Source: Macrostomum lignano (Eukaryota). Taken from it: 64,000 nt of DNA. Below the pieces are notes generated by a model that saw only the letters and a list, made by a program, of their open reading frames with translations, did not search any database and was not told the origin of the DNA. The stretch lies in the NCBI GenBank assembly GCA_002269645.1, contig NIVC01001147.1, positions 138,129-202,128 of the forward strand. Reading direction: 5' to 3'. A program made the position numbers and the translations under genes. Within the stretch, counting starts at the first letter, position 1. Every line of letters starts with the position of its first letter. Positions 27,031 to 42,052 of the stretch are shown here, in pieces.

Positions 27031-28529
27031 CCAATGCGCACCAAATAGAAAATGAAACCAGTATAAGTCCAACACAATATGTTTTTATTTAGAAAGCTTA
27101 TCAAATTAAACTGCTTTAAATACCAGACGTTGATCCGTTGTGAACGAGGCGTGCACAGCTGCTGGCACCATTGAGGCACCCTCCAAAAAATGCGTTTAGG
27201 AGTTCAAGAGCCATGCAGGTTAAAGTTTTGTGCCGGATTTGTGCGGATAAACTGCCTACCAAGCTTCTCCCAGCCTCCGTCAGCACTCTCCATTCTCTCT
27301 CTCTCTTTCTATGGCCGGAAGTGGGTCATCCTGCCTCATCCCTCGCCTCCCATTTCATCCATTTGATTGAATGGGGCCACACAGGGAGGGGGGAGAGATG
27401 ATGCAGCCCCCACTTCCAATTGAGGAGTATTATCCGAATTTTCATAGTTTAGCATTCCCAAGCCTTCCCAATCTGCCTATATCTATATTTATGTATATAT
27501 ATATATATATTTCTCATAACTATACTCGCATCCAGTCGCTTCCGGAAGCGCCTAACTAACTATATAAATAGGCAGCTTCAGCTATTTCTCTATGGAATTT
27601 CTGTATAGACAAAAAACAGTTCTGCTGCAGCGAGTCAGGTAGTGGATGGGGGAGCTGCTGGAGTCCAATTCAATTAGAAGACTGCTCAATCAGAGCCATG
27701 ATGGAGCTCATCTGTTTCCCAACAAGGCAGAAGTTTTCAAACAATAGCTTTGAACACAGCAGCAGCAGCTACGCGAAACAATAGCGGAGGTCGCAGCCTC
27801 TCTCCGAGCGCGCTCCATCATGCAAGCTTCCTGTCGACTCAACCAGACACTCTCTGATGGGCTTTGAGTCCCCCAACGCCCACTTTAGGCTTTTGCCCAG
27901 AACTTCCTGACTGCATTTTCTGGGTGAAGTATTTTTTGTCATTGCTTTGCTTTTGACCTTAGTCCACTTTGCGAGGCTCTCTCTGGCTTCCGACATTTTC
28001 CCGCTAAACCTGTCTGCTCAGCTCTGTCTCTTTGTCCTTATTTATTCCACTTGCTTTGGCAATTCGTCCAAGGGTGTCTAAACAGAGCATCTGGACTGTG
28101 AACGACTAATCTATATGCTTGGACGTCTAGCATATAAGATCCAGTCCAGATCATACGAGAGGTTGTCCTTGGCTCTGCATGCTTCGAATACCGCCCGAGA
28201 ATGAGACATCAAAAGAAGAAAGACAGCCGAGTCAAACCCTGCTCAGGTCTCGGCGGGAGCAGCCAAGCCAGGCTAATAAATGGGATTTATGACCACTGGG
28301 GAGTACTGGGGGCCATCCTGATGGTTATGGCTTTTGGGATAAATAATGATGCTTCATTACGATGCCCGGCTCAGCGTCCCTGCCGAGTGATAAAAAACTT
28401 GCGACTTCCCTCGCCATCATTCTTGCTACTGTCCGCTCTTCAGCCTCCCCGGAGACCAGCCTCATCAGACATGGGAGCCTGCCTTTATTTTCACAGCCAT
28501 CGGGTTCTGCTGTGGCACTCCTAGTGTGG

Positions 28530-28785
28530 CACTCTTCCATCTCTCACTCCCACTCTCCGGTCTCATCTGGCACTCCCTCCACCCTGGCACTCTCTCCACC
28601 CTGGCACTCCCTCCACCCTGGTACTCTCTCCACCCTGGCACTCTCTCCACCCTGGCACTCCCTCCACCCTGGTACTCTCTCCACCCTGGCACTCTCTCCA
28701 CCCTGGCACTCCCTCCCATCTGGCACTCCCTCCCATCTGGCACCCCCTCCCATCTGGCACTCTCCGGTCTCATCTGGCACTCGCC
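28530..28785. repeat. 17-bp minisatellite (ccaccctggcactctct)
   Basis: Tandem degenerate units. Confidence 0.85.
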
Positions 28786-29109
28786 ACTTGTCTCATAGGG
28801 ACCTGTTGGGCGGTTGGTACCGATAATTATGTATAATTGTGAGAAAATCGCCTTGCAATTTCTGGGCTTTGCGAAGCGCAATTTATCGAAAAAAGGTAAG
28901 TGCGCATGGAAATTATCTAATCTTCAGCCCCCCCCCCTGAAGATCCCCCTCCCTGTTCCCCAATCACATGAGTTTTCTTTCTGTTTCTGCGAATTTCTTT
29001 GACGCTAAGCTCAACACACTGCAGCTTTAGGGCGGCTTTTGAACTGTGGTCTGAGATGTCCTTTTGAATCGCTGTTTATAGTCTTTCTGGAGTCTCTTTA
29101 CAGGCGAAG

Positions 29110-30002
29110 GCTCTATCTACCGGGTAATCTACTATATCTACCAAGGAATCTACCATATGTACCAAGGTATATACCGTACCTACCAGGGTATCTACTCTGT
29201 CTACCATGGTGTCTACTAAATTTACCAGGGTATCAACTATATCTATTATGGTGTCTACTATATTTACCAGGGTATCTACTCTATCTACCATGGTGTCTAC
29301 TAAATTTACCAGGGTATCTACTCTATCTATTATGGTGTCTACTATATTTACCAGGGTATCTACTCTATCTACCATGGTGTCTACTAAATTTACCAGGGTA
29401 TCTACTCTATCTATTATGGTGTCTACTATATTTATCAGGGTATCTACTCTATCTATTATGGTGTCTACTATATTTACCAGGGTATCTACTCTATCTATTA
29501 TGGTGTCTACTATATTTACCAGGGTATCAACTATATCTACCATGGTGTCTACTCTATTTATCAGGGTATCTACTCTATCTACCAGGGTGTCTACTCTATC
29601 TACCAGGGTGTCTACTCTATCTACCAGGGTGTCTACTCTATCTACCAGGGTGTCTACTCTATCTACCAGGGTGTCTACTCTATCTACCAGGGTGTCTACT
29701 CTATCTACCAGGGTGTCTACTCTATCTACCAGGGTGTCTACTCTATCTACCAGGGTGTCTACTCTATCTACCAGGGTGTCTAATCTATCTACCAGGGTGT
29801 CTACTCTATCTACCTGGGTGTCTACTCTATCTACCAGGGTGTCTACTCTATCTACCAGGGTGTCTACTCTATCTACCAGGGTGTCTACTCTATCTACCAG
29901 GGTGTCTACTCTATCTACCAGGGTGTCTACTCTATCTACCAGGGTGTCTACTCTATCTACCAGGGTGTCTAATCTATCTACCAGGGTGTCTAATCTATCT
30001 AC
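29110..30002. repeat. 21-bp minisatellite (tctactctatctaccagggtg); 42-bp dimer at left, homogeneous at right
   Basis: Seen directly; ends about 35 bp before a strong AG at 30037-30038. Confidence 0.93.
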
Positions 30003-30099
30003 TAAAAGTACTAATTTATCTATTTTTTATTTCAACAGTTGATGCAAAAGTTCTAAAAAACGATGACTCAACAATTCGCCGCCCTGCCACTCCAAACAG

Positions 30100-30435
30100 C
30101 CGCATCTGCCAGTCTGCTGGGGCCCCGGCCAGGGGGTCGCAGCAGCAGCAGCCTACCAGCACAGTCTGGACTCCCCGCCGGGCAGCGGTAGCAGCGCAAC
30201 AGCGGCGGCAGCAGCGGCAGCAGCAGCCGCGGCAGCCCTGTTCACCTCGCAGAGTTCGTCATACGCCCAGCAGCAGCAGCAGCCGCAGCAGTCATTTTAT
30301 TCGTCTCCAACTCACTCGCTGTACGATCCGGTGCACTGCGGCATGCCACTGAAGTCGGCAGACCTCCAGCAGCAGCAGCCAGCTGACGGAGGCTCCCCAG
30401 ATCGAGAATCTGTCACCTACGCAGTCTCCTCTTAG
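30100..30435 (+). CDS. Probable terminal exon of the Alx gene (Ala/Gln/Ser-rich)
   Basis: GC-rich frame AAYQHSLDSPPGSGSSATAAAA...DRESVTYAVSS* open from 30067 to TAG at 30433-30435. Acceptor uncertain: AG at 30098-30099 is phase-compatible with the donor at 25942, whereas the stronger AG at 30037-30038 is not in frame. Confidence 0.45.
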   Translation, partial: PHLPVCWGPGQGVAAAAAYQHSLDSPPGSGSSATAAAAAAAAAAAALFTSQSSSYAQQQQQPQQSFYSSPTHSLYDPVHCGMPLKSADLQQQQPADGGSPDRESVTYAVSS

Positions 30436-31034
30436 TCTCAACTGTTTCCTCTGCTTAACAACAGATATTCATAACTTTTGACAATAAATACACAATTTTT
30501 GTTTTTCTGTAAGAGGTTTCAATGGCTCAGCCACGTTCTCCATCAATAAGTTCTCTTCTTATTCGAACTATAATATTTACTAAACATTCCTGATATCTTC
30601 GATTCAAAAAAAACTTGCTTTAACCTGTGCACCTTGCTAATAATATCAATTTCTCAACTTAAGTGATTGCTTTTAGTTAACCGAACTGACGACAATGCTT
30701 GTTTTGTCTTAAACTGCTTGATTTTTAATTCAAAATTAGCATAAAATTATTTATCTCGCTGTTGTTTTCATTCACTGAGCAATCGTTCTTTATTGATTCT
30801 CTCGTCTTTATATAGTTTTAGCAGCCCCTGTTGCACCAAAGTGATTTCTGTTTAAAGTGAGCGCAGCACCCATGGCAACTAAAATATCGACACTTTTCGT
30901 TGTGCAATATTGGCTGAAAACTGATGATACGAGCTATTGGCCGTCGCTTGCAAAGCGAGTCGCCATTCTAAATAAAACACGCTTCTTTCCACAAAATTTA
31001 ATTAGCTCACTTTCTGCTAGTCAATTAGTTATTC

Positions 31035-32225
<1,191 letters not shown>

Positions 32226-33557
32226 GAATTTTTAAGTTAATGATGAAGCAGAGCACGGAGTCGAACCCATAGGCACTCTGACATGTAAAATCCACTATAG
32301 TTTTTTTTCCACCGCCTCTCCGCCGCGCTCCTCACTGGGCCAATTATCCCCCGAAAAGATTTTGCTAGCCTCCTAAGAAAAACTAGAAAAAAACTCAGCA
32401 AAAGTTTGTGAAAGCAAAAAAAGCATTAGCACAACAAACAGCGCGGCAGAACCCATCAAAGTGTTGTGGAGTCCACTCGGAAGCAGAATTGGATGAAGGA
32501 GAAAGGTGGCATATAGAGGATAAGGGTCGGAGGCTGGGGGCGGATAGACATGGACGCGATCTTCCTGTCTCCGGGGGATGCCCCGCCCCAGCTACCAAGG
32601 AGCTATACAACAAGCACCTAATTGCCTTCCAGGTGCTTTGCACTTGGCCAGGATTCTTCGAGGCAAGCATTTTCCACCCCTCCCGCCCCCTCCTAAGCAT
32701 ATCTATGCTTAATTATCGGCCTGGTTTCCTACGCGGATGCTGCAGATGAAGCCAGCTTCCGTGCTAAGTGCCCATGGTTATTCGTACGTGCCAGAGACTA
32801 TATATGCATATATACTGGTTACCCAAAGCCCAGAGGCTCTTGTCAGTTTATTCAGACCCGCCCTCTTGAATGGCACAGACAGCGGAATGATGAAGCAGAT
32901 TGGCGCACGGAGCCCCTCTGTCAGCTGGTCTCCAGCCTCCTCCCCGGTGCTGCCACTTATTCTCCAAGCGCCAAGGTTCAATGGCGGCGGGTGGGAATAG
33001 CAGGGGGTGGGGTTTAGGCATGGGGAAAAGCCAGAAAAGGGGGTTAGGAAAGGGAATTCACAACAGGTGACTCTCTGTTCGCTGTAGCCCAGAAATTCCC
33101 CTCCGACTGTCTTATCTATCAGCTCCATCGCATCTCCGCCTGAACTGCAGGGCTACCATACTGATCGAGCTCTGCTATCCTTCAATTTTGCTTCCGTTCG
33201 CATTGAATCCGGGGCCATCATGGCTCTCTGCTGGGCCGCCGCTCCACCCCCCTCATTGCATGCCCAATTTCTGCAGGAAGTGAAACGTCGGAAGTTGGTA
33301 GAAAAAAATCAAAAGGGGAGCTTTGCCAGAGCATCCCAGAGGCAGCTCCTACCTTAGTAGCTGGAACCGGAGCAGCCCGTACAAGTGTCTAGTCTGTCGC
33401 TACTGTCAGGCTACTGTCAGTAGTAATTTAAATCAATTTACTTTTACTGCGTGTGTTTTAAATATTTGATAAAAAATCTGCATTTTTTATTACCTTGTTA
33501 GAATTATCCATTTTGTATGTATTTTAATGTTTTATTCAATTAAATTTTGAATCAATA

Positions 33558-33790
33558 GGGTTGTAGCCTAGTGGTTAGAGCGTCGGACTTACGACTGAGC
33601 GGTCGGGGTTCGATTCTCGACCCACTTGAAACAATTTGGGTCCTTGAGCAAGACACTTAGCTCTGCATTGCTTCAGTTCACCCAGCTGTAAAATGGGTGC
33701 CAGCATAAGCTGGGGTAATTGAGGGTGTTGTGCCGACCGCCCAGTCCTTGGACTGAACAGCCGTACGCAGCCTTCAGATGCGCCGCGCTA
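33558..33790 (+). mobile_element. tRNA-derived SINE with CORE-like central domain
   Basis: Box A tagcctagtgg, box B ggttcgattct, then ccttgagcaagacactta...cagctgtaaaatggg resembling the MIR/CORE-type domain. The 3' end is approximate. Confidence 0.8.
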
Positions 33791-34689
33791 TAGCTGTTCG
33801 TTTCTGGCTGAGCTGTCGGTTGCACATCTGCTCATTAGGACAGGTGTAATAAAAAAATCGATAACAGAAAGTCAGATACGCGTACACATACTCGTAGGTA
33901 CTCGTAGGTAGGTAAGTAGGCAGGTAGGTAAGGTAGGTAAGGAACATGTACATGCTCGGTGGAGCCACATGCAATGAACTATCCATCACCTAACAAACAA
34001 TTCAACAAATTTGATTGGTTTTTTTCCTTATTTATTCTACTAACTTCAGATCTCTGTTTAGTAGTTGCAAATGCGTATTGCTAATTGTTTTTGCGATTAT
34101 TAGTTAAATTAAAAGAGCTCGTCGAACTCGAGAAGCTCGACTTAAGGTCCAAATTAGTGGTTTTTAATTATTTTATAGGTAGGTTAGTAACTCTTGGTAT
34201 GGTAAGCTTAACTGGTAAGAATTCTCTGATTTCCGCCATCATGACAATGTATACCGCGCGATACGAAATGCTGCTGTTTAAATACCGGACGGCCTATCGG
34301 AATTCTTTGAGACACCCTCGAGGGTGCTTCAGGTGCTTCAGCTTGCGCCGTTTCTGTTCGTTCTGTTGCTTGACTGGGTCGTGCTCTGCGTGCCGGGCGA
34401 CATCGGAGGCTGCGATTTTGTGCCGAGGCGCAGATGGACAGGCGCGGATAGTATACGGATTTATAGCCGTCAATGCTGTGTTCTAATTATTTTAGTTGGA
34501 GTTAGATAATTAGAATTAACATTAATTATATTCTAACTAACCAAATAGCAGATAGTATAGCAAAGCTAGAATAAAGCGGATAAACATTTTGCTGGTAAAA
34601 TTTAAAAAATTCTGCTCATTTCACGACTGAATATGGCCGCAGCTTATAATTAGAGCGTCGACAACCATTGTTTGTGGCAAGGCAACCTA

Positions 34690-34806
34690 ACTCTGCACAC
34701 GAATACATCGAAGGGGCTTGGGCGGATGTTAAGGCTAAGTTCCGTAACATGTACGGCACCAGCGAGAGGCCTTATGCTTATTTGAACGAGTACCTCTGGC
34801 GCCGTC
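34690..34806 (+). mobile_element. Merlin/IS1595-family transposase C-terminal remnant
   Basis: EYIEGAWADVKAKFRNMYGTSERPYAYLNEYLWRR matches the IExxWxxxK...G...YLxExxWR pattern. Confidence 0.6.
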
Positions 34807-36979
34807 TTTGCCGACTTATAAGTTTTTCGTTATTTTTTGTTCTGTTTTTTTCCATTAATACTTTGTTTAGTGAGGTAGGCGGACTATTGACTTGTTTGGA
34901 GTGACTTGTTTTAACGTACTGACTCGATTTTTAAATTGAAAATAATTTAACGCGGCCCGGCGCTCAAGTGGTGGTGAATAATCTACTGATCCGATTAATA
35001 CAAACACATTTTGGAAGCAAATATCTCAGGAAATACGAAAGGCAATCATGTGTCTAAGATGTCATTGCAAAGCTGAGACATGCGTCAAGAAGTGATAAAA
35101 GTTTCAGAGCAAATGATTAAAGCATAGAGACGCAGCGATTAATCAAACTTTTTGTTGATAAACTATCCCCATCCAAGATCAACCAAAACTTTGATTTAGG
35201 GGCCTACTTCTACTTCTCATTCTTAATAACTAAGTATGACCTAGGCCTAGGGCCTAGGCTATGTAATTTTCTTTTTATGTCAAATATGATTATAATTTAT
35301 ACATAGGCCTACACATAAACCTAGACATGGTCATTTGTATTATAGGCCTATACAAATACAAAAATTTTGACAAATAAGACTTAGGCCTAGGTAATAATTT
35401 CATATTTATAACACAATATAAGAGGTATGAATATATATGTAAATATGAGTATATACATGCATTAAATCAAAATAATTTAATGAACAAAACTATAGTTGTA
35501 GGCCTATTCACCCTACTGTATATATTATATATTAAAGTGTTTTTACCTACTTTTATTTTTCATGCATAGTGACCAGACCACAACCAAGAGCAAAAGGGTG
35601 AGGATAGTCACATCTTAGATAGAAACTAGAAAAAAATCAAGGGGGCAAGCAAGCATAGGCCTATTTTGCCAAAATATAGAGCTATATCCTAGCTTTGGCC
35701 CCCTTTGGCTTTGGGTATTTACCTTCCAAATTCCACCTCTCAACAAATTTCTAGTTGTGCTATTAATAGTAACCAAATGCCTTTTTGCAATTACCAAAAA
35801 ATTATTTAATAATATTCTATCAATTTATTAAAAATCAACAGTTAATTCTATAAATCTTTTAATAGCTTCCATGACTTTTTTAAGATGCTTCTAAAAAGTC
35901 TATAGCTCTAGTCTAGCAATCTTTTTGGAATCCTTTCCATTACCTACAAATAGCAACATAGATCTATTACACACTTGGCACTTGGCAGGCTTTCTTTATA
36001 TGCATATATATAGAAGTAAAAGTCTAGGTCTATAGGAAGTTAAAACTTGGCAATAATAAGGGCTAGATATCTTATCATTACCCTAGAAATAGCAAAATTT
36101 GGCCATCAAAAATGCCCTTTCAAGCAAGTTGACTTTTATACTAGCCTTAATAAAAATAGATAGGCATTATTAGCTATCATTATCAAAAGCTTTTTGATTA
36201 TCCTTTTTCAAATCTTCCTATGCTTAACTATTTTAAAAGAAAATTGAATCAAAATTTGTATATAAACTTTAGATAACCTCTTGTCACTAATATTCACTGT
36301 TCACTAATATATATAGCTTACTAAAGCAAAAACAAAAAAGTAGTTTAATATTTCAATGCACATATACAATTAAACAATAGTTGAAAAAAATTTCCTATAT
36401 ACTAAAAATGAGTTGTCTGTGGGTATGCGATAGATTTCAGAAAAATTGGCTCAACCAATTTTCTTCAAACTTGCACCATTCGATCAGAAATTTTCCTGGC
36501 ACGGTACATGCATATTGGCTAAGAAATTGCTCAATGTTAAAGGGATTAAATATTCGAAAAACATGCTTTTTTACAAAGGTCAAGCAGCTCTTTCGACCTG
36601 AAATGCATTGTAAGAATGCTAGAGAAAAAACTGACTGACTGAATTCCAATTGTGATAAAGATTGCATCACAACAAGTTGAAAACAGTACCGAAGAAATGC
36701 ACACACGACTTGATTTAAATTGCGTAACCATATTGCTAACTTAAATTAAGACTGATACTGGCTGACTAAGAAATTGATTATGTCATAACTTTCTACTCCA
36801 ATTGACTTGCTATAAGAATTGAATTATAAGGGCCACAATTCATGTTCTCCAATTGAAAAGAGATAGTCCTGATGCAAACAGACTGGAATGCTAATGTAGC
36901 AACCTGGGTTCGAATCTTAGTAGTGCAAAAAAGATTTTTTTTATTAAAACACCTTAAAAACACAAAACTGCTAAACATA

Positions 36980-39095
36980 AAAGAAGCGCAATGTCAAACA
37001 CAGAAGAGCCACCATGTCAAACATTAAAGAGCCAACATATCGAACATAAAAGAGTTACCATGTCAAACATAAAAGAGCCACCATGTCAAACCTAAACGAG
37101 CCACCATGTCTAATACCACCTCTCATATTTAAGAGGCACCATGTAAAACATATAAGTGACTTTATGTCAAACATAAAAGAGCCACCATTTCGAACATTAA
37201 ACAGCCACCATTTCGAACATTAAAGAGCCACCAGGTCCAACATAAAAGAGCCACTATTTCGAACATTAAAGAGCCACCATTTCGAACATTAAAGAGCCAC
37301 CATGTCGACCATAAAGGAGCTAACATGTCAAACATAAAAGAGCTAACATGTCAAACATAAAAGAGCTAACATGTCAAACATAAAGAGCCACCATGTCAAA
37401 CATTTAAGAGCCACCATGTCAAACATATATGTGACTTTGTGTCAAACATTAAAGAGCCACCATTTCAAACATTAAAGAGCCACCATTTCAAACATTAAAG
37501 AGCCACCATTTCGAACATTAAAGAGCCACCATGTCAAACATGAAAGAGCTATAACATGAACAATATTAAAGAGCCACCATGTTGAACATAAAAGAGCCGC
37601 CATGTAAAATATTAAAGAGCTACCATGTTAAACATAAAAGAGCCACCATGTAAAACATTAAAGAGCCACCATGTCAAACATTCAAAAGCCACATTGTCAA
37701 ATATTAAAGAGCAAGAGCCACTATGTCAAACATTTAGGAGCCACTTTGTCAAACATTAAAGAGCCACCATGTCAAACATAAAAGAGCCAACATGTCAGAC
37801 ATTAAAAAATCCACCGTATTAAATATAAAAGAGTTACCATGTAGAACAAAAAAGAGCCACCATTTTGAACAAAAAAGAGCCACCATGTCAAACATAAAAG
37901 AGCCAACATGTCAAACATTTATGTGACTTTATGTCAAATGTTAAAGAGCCACCATTTCGAACATAACAGAGCTACCATGTCAAACATTAAAGAGCCACCA
38001 TGTCAAACATAAAAGAGCCACCATGTCAAACATTAAAGAGCCACCATGTCGAACATTAAAGAGCCACCATGTCGAACATTAAAGAGCCACCATGTCGAAT
38101 ATTAAAGACCACCATGTCAAACATTAAAGAGCCACCATGTCAAACATTAAAACTCACCATGTTAAACAATAAAAAGCCACCATATCAAGCATAAAAGAGC
38201 CACCATGTCAAACCTAAAAGAGCCACCATGTCGAAAATTTAAGAGCCAAAATTTAGAATATAAAAGAGCCACCATGTGTACCATATAAGTGACTTTATGT
38301 CAAACATTTAAGAGCCACCATGTTAAACCTAAAAGAGCCACCATGTTAAACCTAAAAGAGCCATAATGTCAAACATTAAAGAGCCACCATGCCACACATA
38401 AGGGAGCCACCATGTCCAACATATATGTGACTCCATGTCAAACATTTAAGAGCCACCATGTCAAACATTAAAGAGCCACCATGTCAAACATTAAATGGCC
38501 ACCATGTCGAACATAAAAGAGCCACCATGTCAAACATTAAATGGCCACCATGTCGAACATAAAAGAGCCACCATGTCAAACATATATGTGACTCCATGTC
38601 AAACATAAAAGAGCCACCATGTTAAACATTAAAGAGCCACCATGTCAAACATATACGTGACTCCATGTCAAACATAAAAGAGCCACTATGTTGAACATTA
38701 AAGAGCCACCATGTCAAACATATATGTGACTTATGTCGAAAATTAAAAAGCCATCATGTCAAACACAAAAAAGCTACCATGTCAAACATAGAAGAGACAC
38801 CATATCAAACATAGAAGAGCCACCATGTAAAACATTAAAGAGCCACCATGTCGAACATTAAAGAGCCATCATGTAAGACATAAAAGAGCCATCATGTCAG
38901 ACATAAAAGAGCCACCATGTCGAACATAAAAGAGCCACCATGTGAAACATATATGTGACTCCATGTCAAACATTAAAGAGCCATCTTGTCGAACACAAAA
39001 AAGCCACCATGTCAAACATTTATGAGCCACCATTTCAAACATAAAAGAGACACCGTTTCAAACATAAAAAGAAGTGTCATGCCAAACAAAATGGA
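36980..39095. repeat. ~23-bp degenerate minisatellite (aaagagccaccatgtcaaacatt), about 2.1 kb
   Basis: Long degenerate tandem array. Confidence 0.93.
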
Positions 39096-39139
39096 GCCAC
39101 TATAAAGCTAAGGATATTGTTGCACTATCTACTTGTTCT

Positions 39140-39540
39140 CTGGTGGATGCTTGCTATTTAAGGATGGATGCTTGCTATCAGTGGATGCTTGCTATCAGGG
39201 GGATGCTTGCTATCGGAAGGATGCTTGCTACTGGGGTAACTTGCTATTGGGAGATGCTTGCTCTTGGGGGGGGGGTGGTGGAGGGTACTTGCTATCTGAG
39301 AGGGGGTTGCTAGATATCTATAAGGTATCTTTGTATCCAGGTTCTGCTTGCTATCTGGGGTTTCTTGCGGTCTGGGGGATGCTTGCTATCTGGGGGATGC
39401 TTGCTATCGGGGGGATGCTTGCTATCTGGGGTTGCTTGCTATCGAGGGTTGCTTGCTATCAGGGGATGCTTGCTCTCTGGGGGATGCTTGCTATTTGGGG
39501 ATCGATGCTTGAATGCTGTCTGAGGATGCTTGCTGTCTTG
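39140..39540. repeat. ~18-bp degenerate minisatellite (gggggatgcttgctatct)
   Basis: Directly follows the previous array. Confidence 0.85.
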
Positions 39541-39975
39541 GGATGTTTTGTTTTTAGAGGGATTGTCTTTAGTTTTTTATGAAGGCTTTGTTTCGCTGTC
39601 TATTTGTTTTTTATAAAGAACAAGGATTCTATCCAGATGTCCCCCATCGGGGGCGAAGATTGCTAGTAATTTTCTATATCTAGGTAAAATTTAATTGAGT
39701 TTTAGCTCAACAAACTATAAAAGGATGCTAAATAATAGTAATAGATCAAAATTATTTTTAGTTGGTTTCTAGCATTCATATATAAGACAAAAACTAATAA
39801 TTTAGATAGTTAGATAATTTAAAATCTTTGTATTTATGAGGATGGCTTCTGTTGCACCTGTTTAGGTATTTAGCACTAATTAGCTGGCGAGGCATTTATG
39901 ATTTAAAGATCAATATATATTTCACCATTTATAAAAAGTAGTCAATGGTAGGGGGGGCTGTGTGCTCAACTGGCA

Positions 39976-40163
39976 AGAGGCATTGCTGCCCATTCCACCG
40001 ACTCCCCTGAGCAAGTACACAAGCGCATGGATATGTATGCAGTCAGGCACAAGCACACATACAGGAGTGTACAGCGGCCCTAACTTTATTTATCGTTAGG
40101 CATGTACACTTGTGCCAAACAACAGCAGACCCAAGCCGAGATTCCAATTTAGCCTCAAATTAA
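39976..40163 (-). mobile_element. Headless SINE fragment (same family as 44180-44560) just upstream of RAE1
   Basis: agaggcattgctgcccattcc..gactcccctgagca and ccaagccgagattccaatttagcc match 44270-44480. Confidence 0.8.
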
Positions 40164-40195
40164 ATCTCAATCAATTTCTACTCAATTTCTCAGCA

Positions 40196-40468
40196 ATGTT
40201 TGGCACAACCGCTGCCAGACCAATCAGCGCCTTCGGGACGCCAACTGTTCAAGACAATCAGGATATTGAGGTGGTTAATCCCCCGGATGATACGGTGACA
40301 AGTTTGCATTTTACTCCGGCGTCGGGGGCCAGTTATTTGCTGTCAACCTCCTGGGACGGTCAGGTTCGCTGCTACGAGATTGCTGGCACAGGGCAGAGCC
40401 AGTTGAAGGCGTCGCAAGCTAATCAGGGACCGCTGTTCGACGGCTGCTGGAGTCCCGATGGCACCAAG
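40196..40468 (+). CDS. RAE1: mRNA export factor RAE1/Gle2 (WD40), exon 1
   Basis: ATG at 40196; DIEVVNPPDDTVTSLHF...LLSTSWDGQVRCYE; donor AAG|GTGAGA at 40469, phase 0. Confidence 0.93.
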
Positions 40469-40559
40469 GTGAGAGTTGGTGACGTGAATTGTACAAGCTT
40501 AGATCTCAGTTGAAATGCCAAGAGCCAAATTATGCTGAATGAAATCCATGTAATTTCAG

Positions 40560-40832
40560 GTGTTCACCGCAGCAGCTGACAAATTCGCTTGGATGTGGGA
40601 CCTGCAGTCGAATTCCTACAACCAGGTGGCGCAGCACGATCAGCCGGTGAAATTCTGCAAACTGGTTACTAGTCCGCAGTATACCTGCTTAGTAACTGGT
40701 AGCTGGGATAAAACTATAAAATTTTGGGATCTTCGTTCGCCTAATCCTATGTTGAGCTTTTCGCTGCCGGAGCGAGTGTACTGCGCTGACATTGTCTACC
40801 CCGTGGCCGTTGTCTGCACCGCCAACAGACAC
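40560..40832 (+). CDS. RAE1: RAE1 exon 2
   Basis: Acceptor tttCAG at 40557-40559; [10 protein letters not shown]...[20 protein letters not shown]...LPERVYCAD; donor GTAAGC at 40833. Confidence 0.95.
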
Positions 40833-40857
40833 GTAAGCCTGGCTGGGGGCAGAGGGT

Positions 40858-41392
40858 GTGACAGGCTGCCTGTCCCAGAGAGAGAGAGAGTAGGACAGGC
40901 TGCCTGTCCCAGAGAGAGAGAGAGTAGGACAGACTGCCTGTCCCAGAGAGAGAGAGTAGGACAGGCTGCTTGTCCCAGAGAGAGAGAGAGAGTAGGACAG
41001 GCTGCCTGTCCCAGAGAAAGAGAGAGAGAATAGGACAGGCTGCCTGTCCCAGAGAAAGAGAGTGAGAGTAGGACAGGCTGCTTGTCCCAGAGAGAGAGAG
41101 AGAGAGAGAGTAGGACAGGCTGCCTGTCCCAGAGAGAAAGAGAGAGAGTAGGACAGACTGCCTGTCCCAGAGAGAGAGAGAGAGAGAGTAGGACAGGCTG
41201 CTTGTCCCAGAGAGAGAGAGAGAGTAGGACAGGCTGCCTGTCCCAGAGAAAGAGAGAGAGAATAGGACAGGCTGCCTGTCCCAGAGAAAGAGAGAGAGTA
41301 GGACAGGCTGCCTGTCCCAGAGAGAAAGAGAGAGAGTAGGACAGGCTGCCTGTCCCAGAGAGAGAGAGAGAGTAAGACAGACTGCCTGTCCC

Positions 41393-41423
<31 letters not shown>

Positions 41424-41945
41424 GACAGGCTGCCTGTCCCAGAGAGAAAGAGAGAGAGTAGGACAGACTGCCTGTCCCAGAGAGAGAGAGAGAGAGAGTA
41501 GGACAGGCTGCTTGTCCCAGAGAGAGAGAGAGAGAGTAGGACAGGCTGCCTGTCCCAGAGAAAGAGAGAGAGAATAGGACAGGCTGCCTGTCCCAGAGAA
41601 AGAGAGAGAGAGTAGGACAGGCTGCTTGTCCCAGAGAGAGAGAGAGAGAGAGTAGGACAGGCTGCCTGTCCCAGAGAGAAAGAGAGAGAGTAGGACAGAC
41701 TGCCTGTCCCAGAGAGAGAGAGAGAGAGAGAGTAGGACAGGCTGCTTGTCCCAGAGAGAGAGAGAGAGTAGGACAGGCTGCCTGTCCCAGAGAAAGAGAG
41801 AGAGAATAGGACAGGCTGCCTGTCCCAGAGAAAGAGAGAGAGTAGGACAGGCTGCCTGTCCCAGAGAGAAAGAGAGAGAGTAGGACAGGCTGCCTGTCCC
41901 AGAGAGAGAGAGAGAGTAAGACAGACTGCCTGTCCCAGAGAGAGT
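40858..41945. repeat. Compound intronic repeat: palindrome ggacaggc-t-gcctgtcc plus variable (GA)n
   Basis: Roughly 28-30 units filling RAE1 intron 2. Confidence 0.95.
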
Positions 41946-42052
41946 AGAACAAGGTGCCTGTCTCTCTCTGTCTCTCTCATAGGAAGGTACGAGATGTATA
42001 ATCTCTGCCATAGAGACAGCCAAGCAATCTGCCAGCCCCGCCACATCCGCAG

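Noticed and set aside
33558-33625. Functional tRNA (apparent TAC anticodon)
   Set aside because: Imperfect anticodon stem and box B, and it runs directly into a CORE-like SINE body; treated as a SINE head.
40858-41945. CRISPR-like repeat-spacer appearance (also the 34-39 bp arrays)
   Set aside because: Spacers are (GA)n or absent, there are no cas genes, and the context is a eukaryotic intron.
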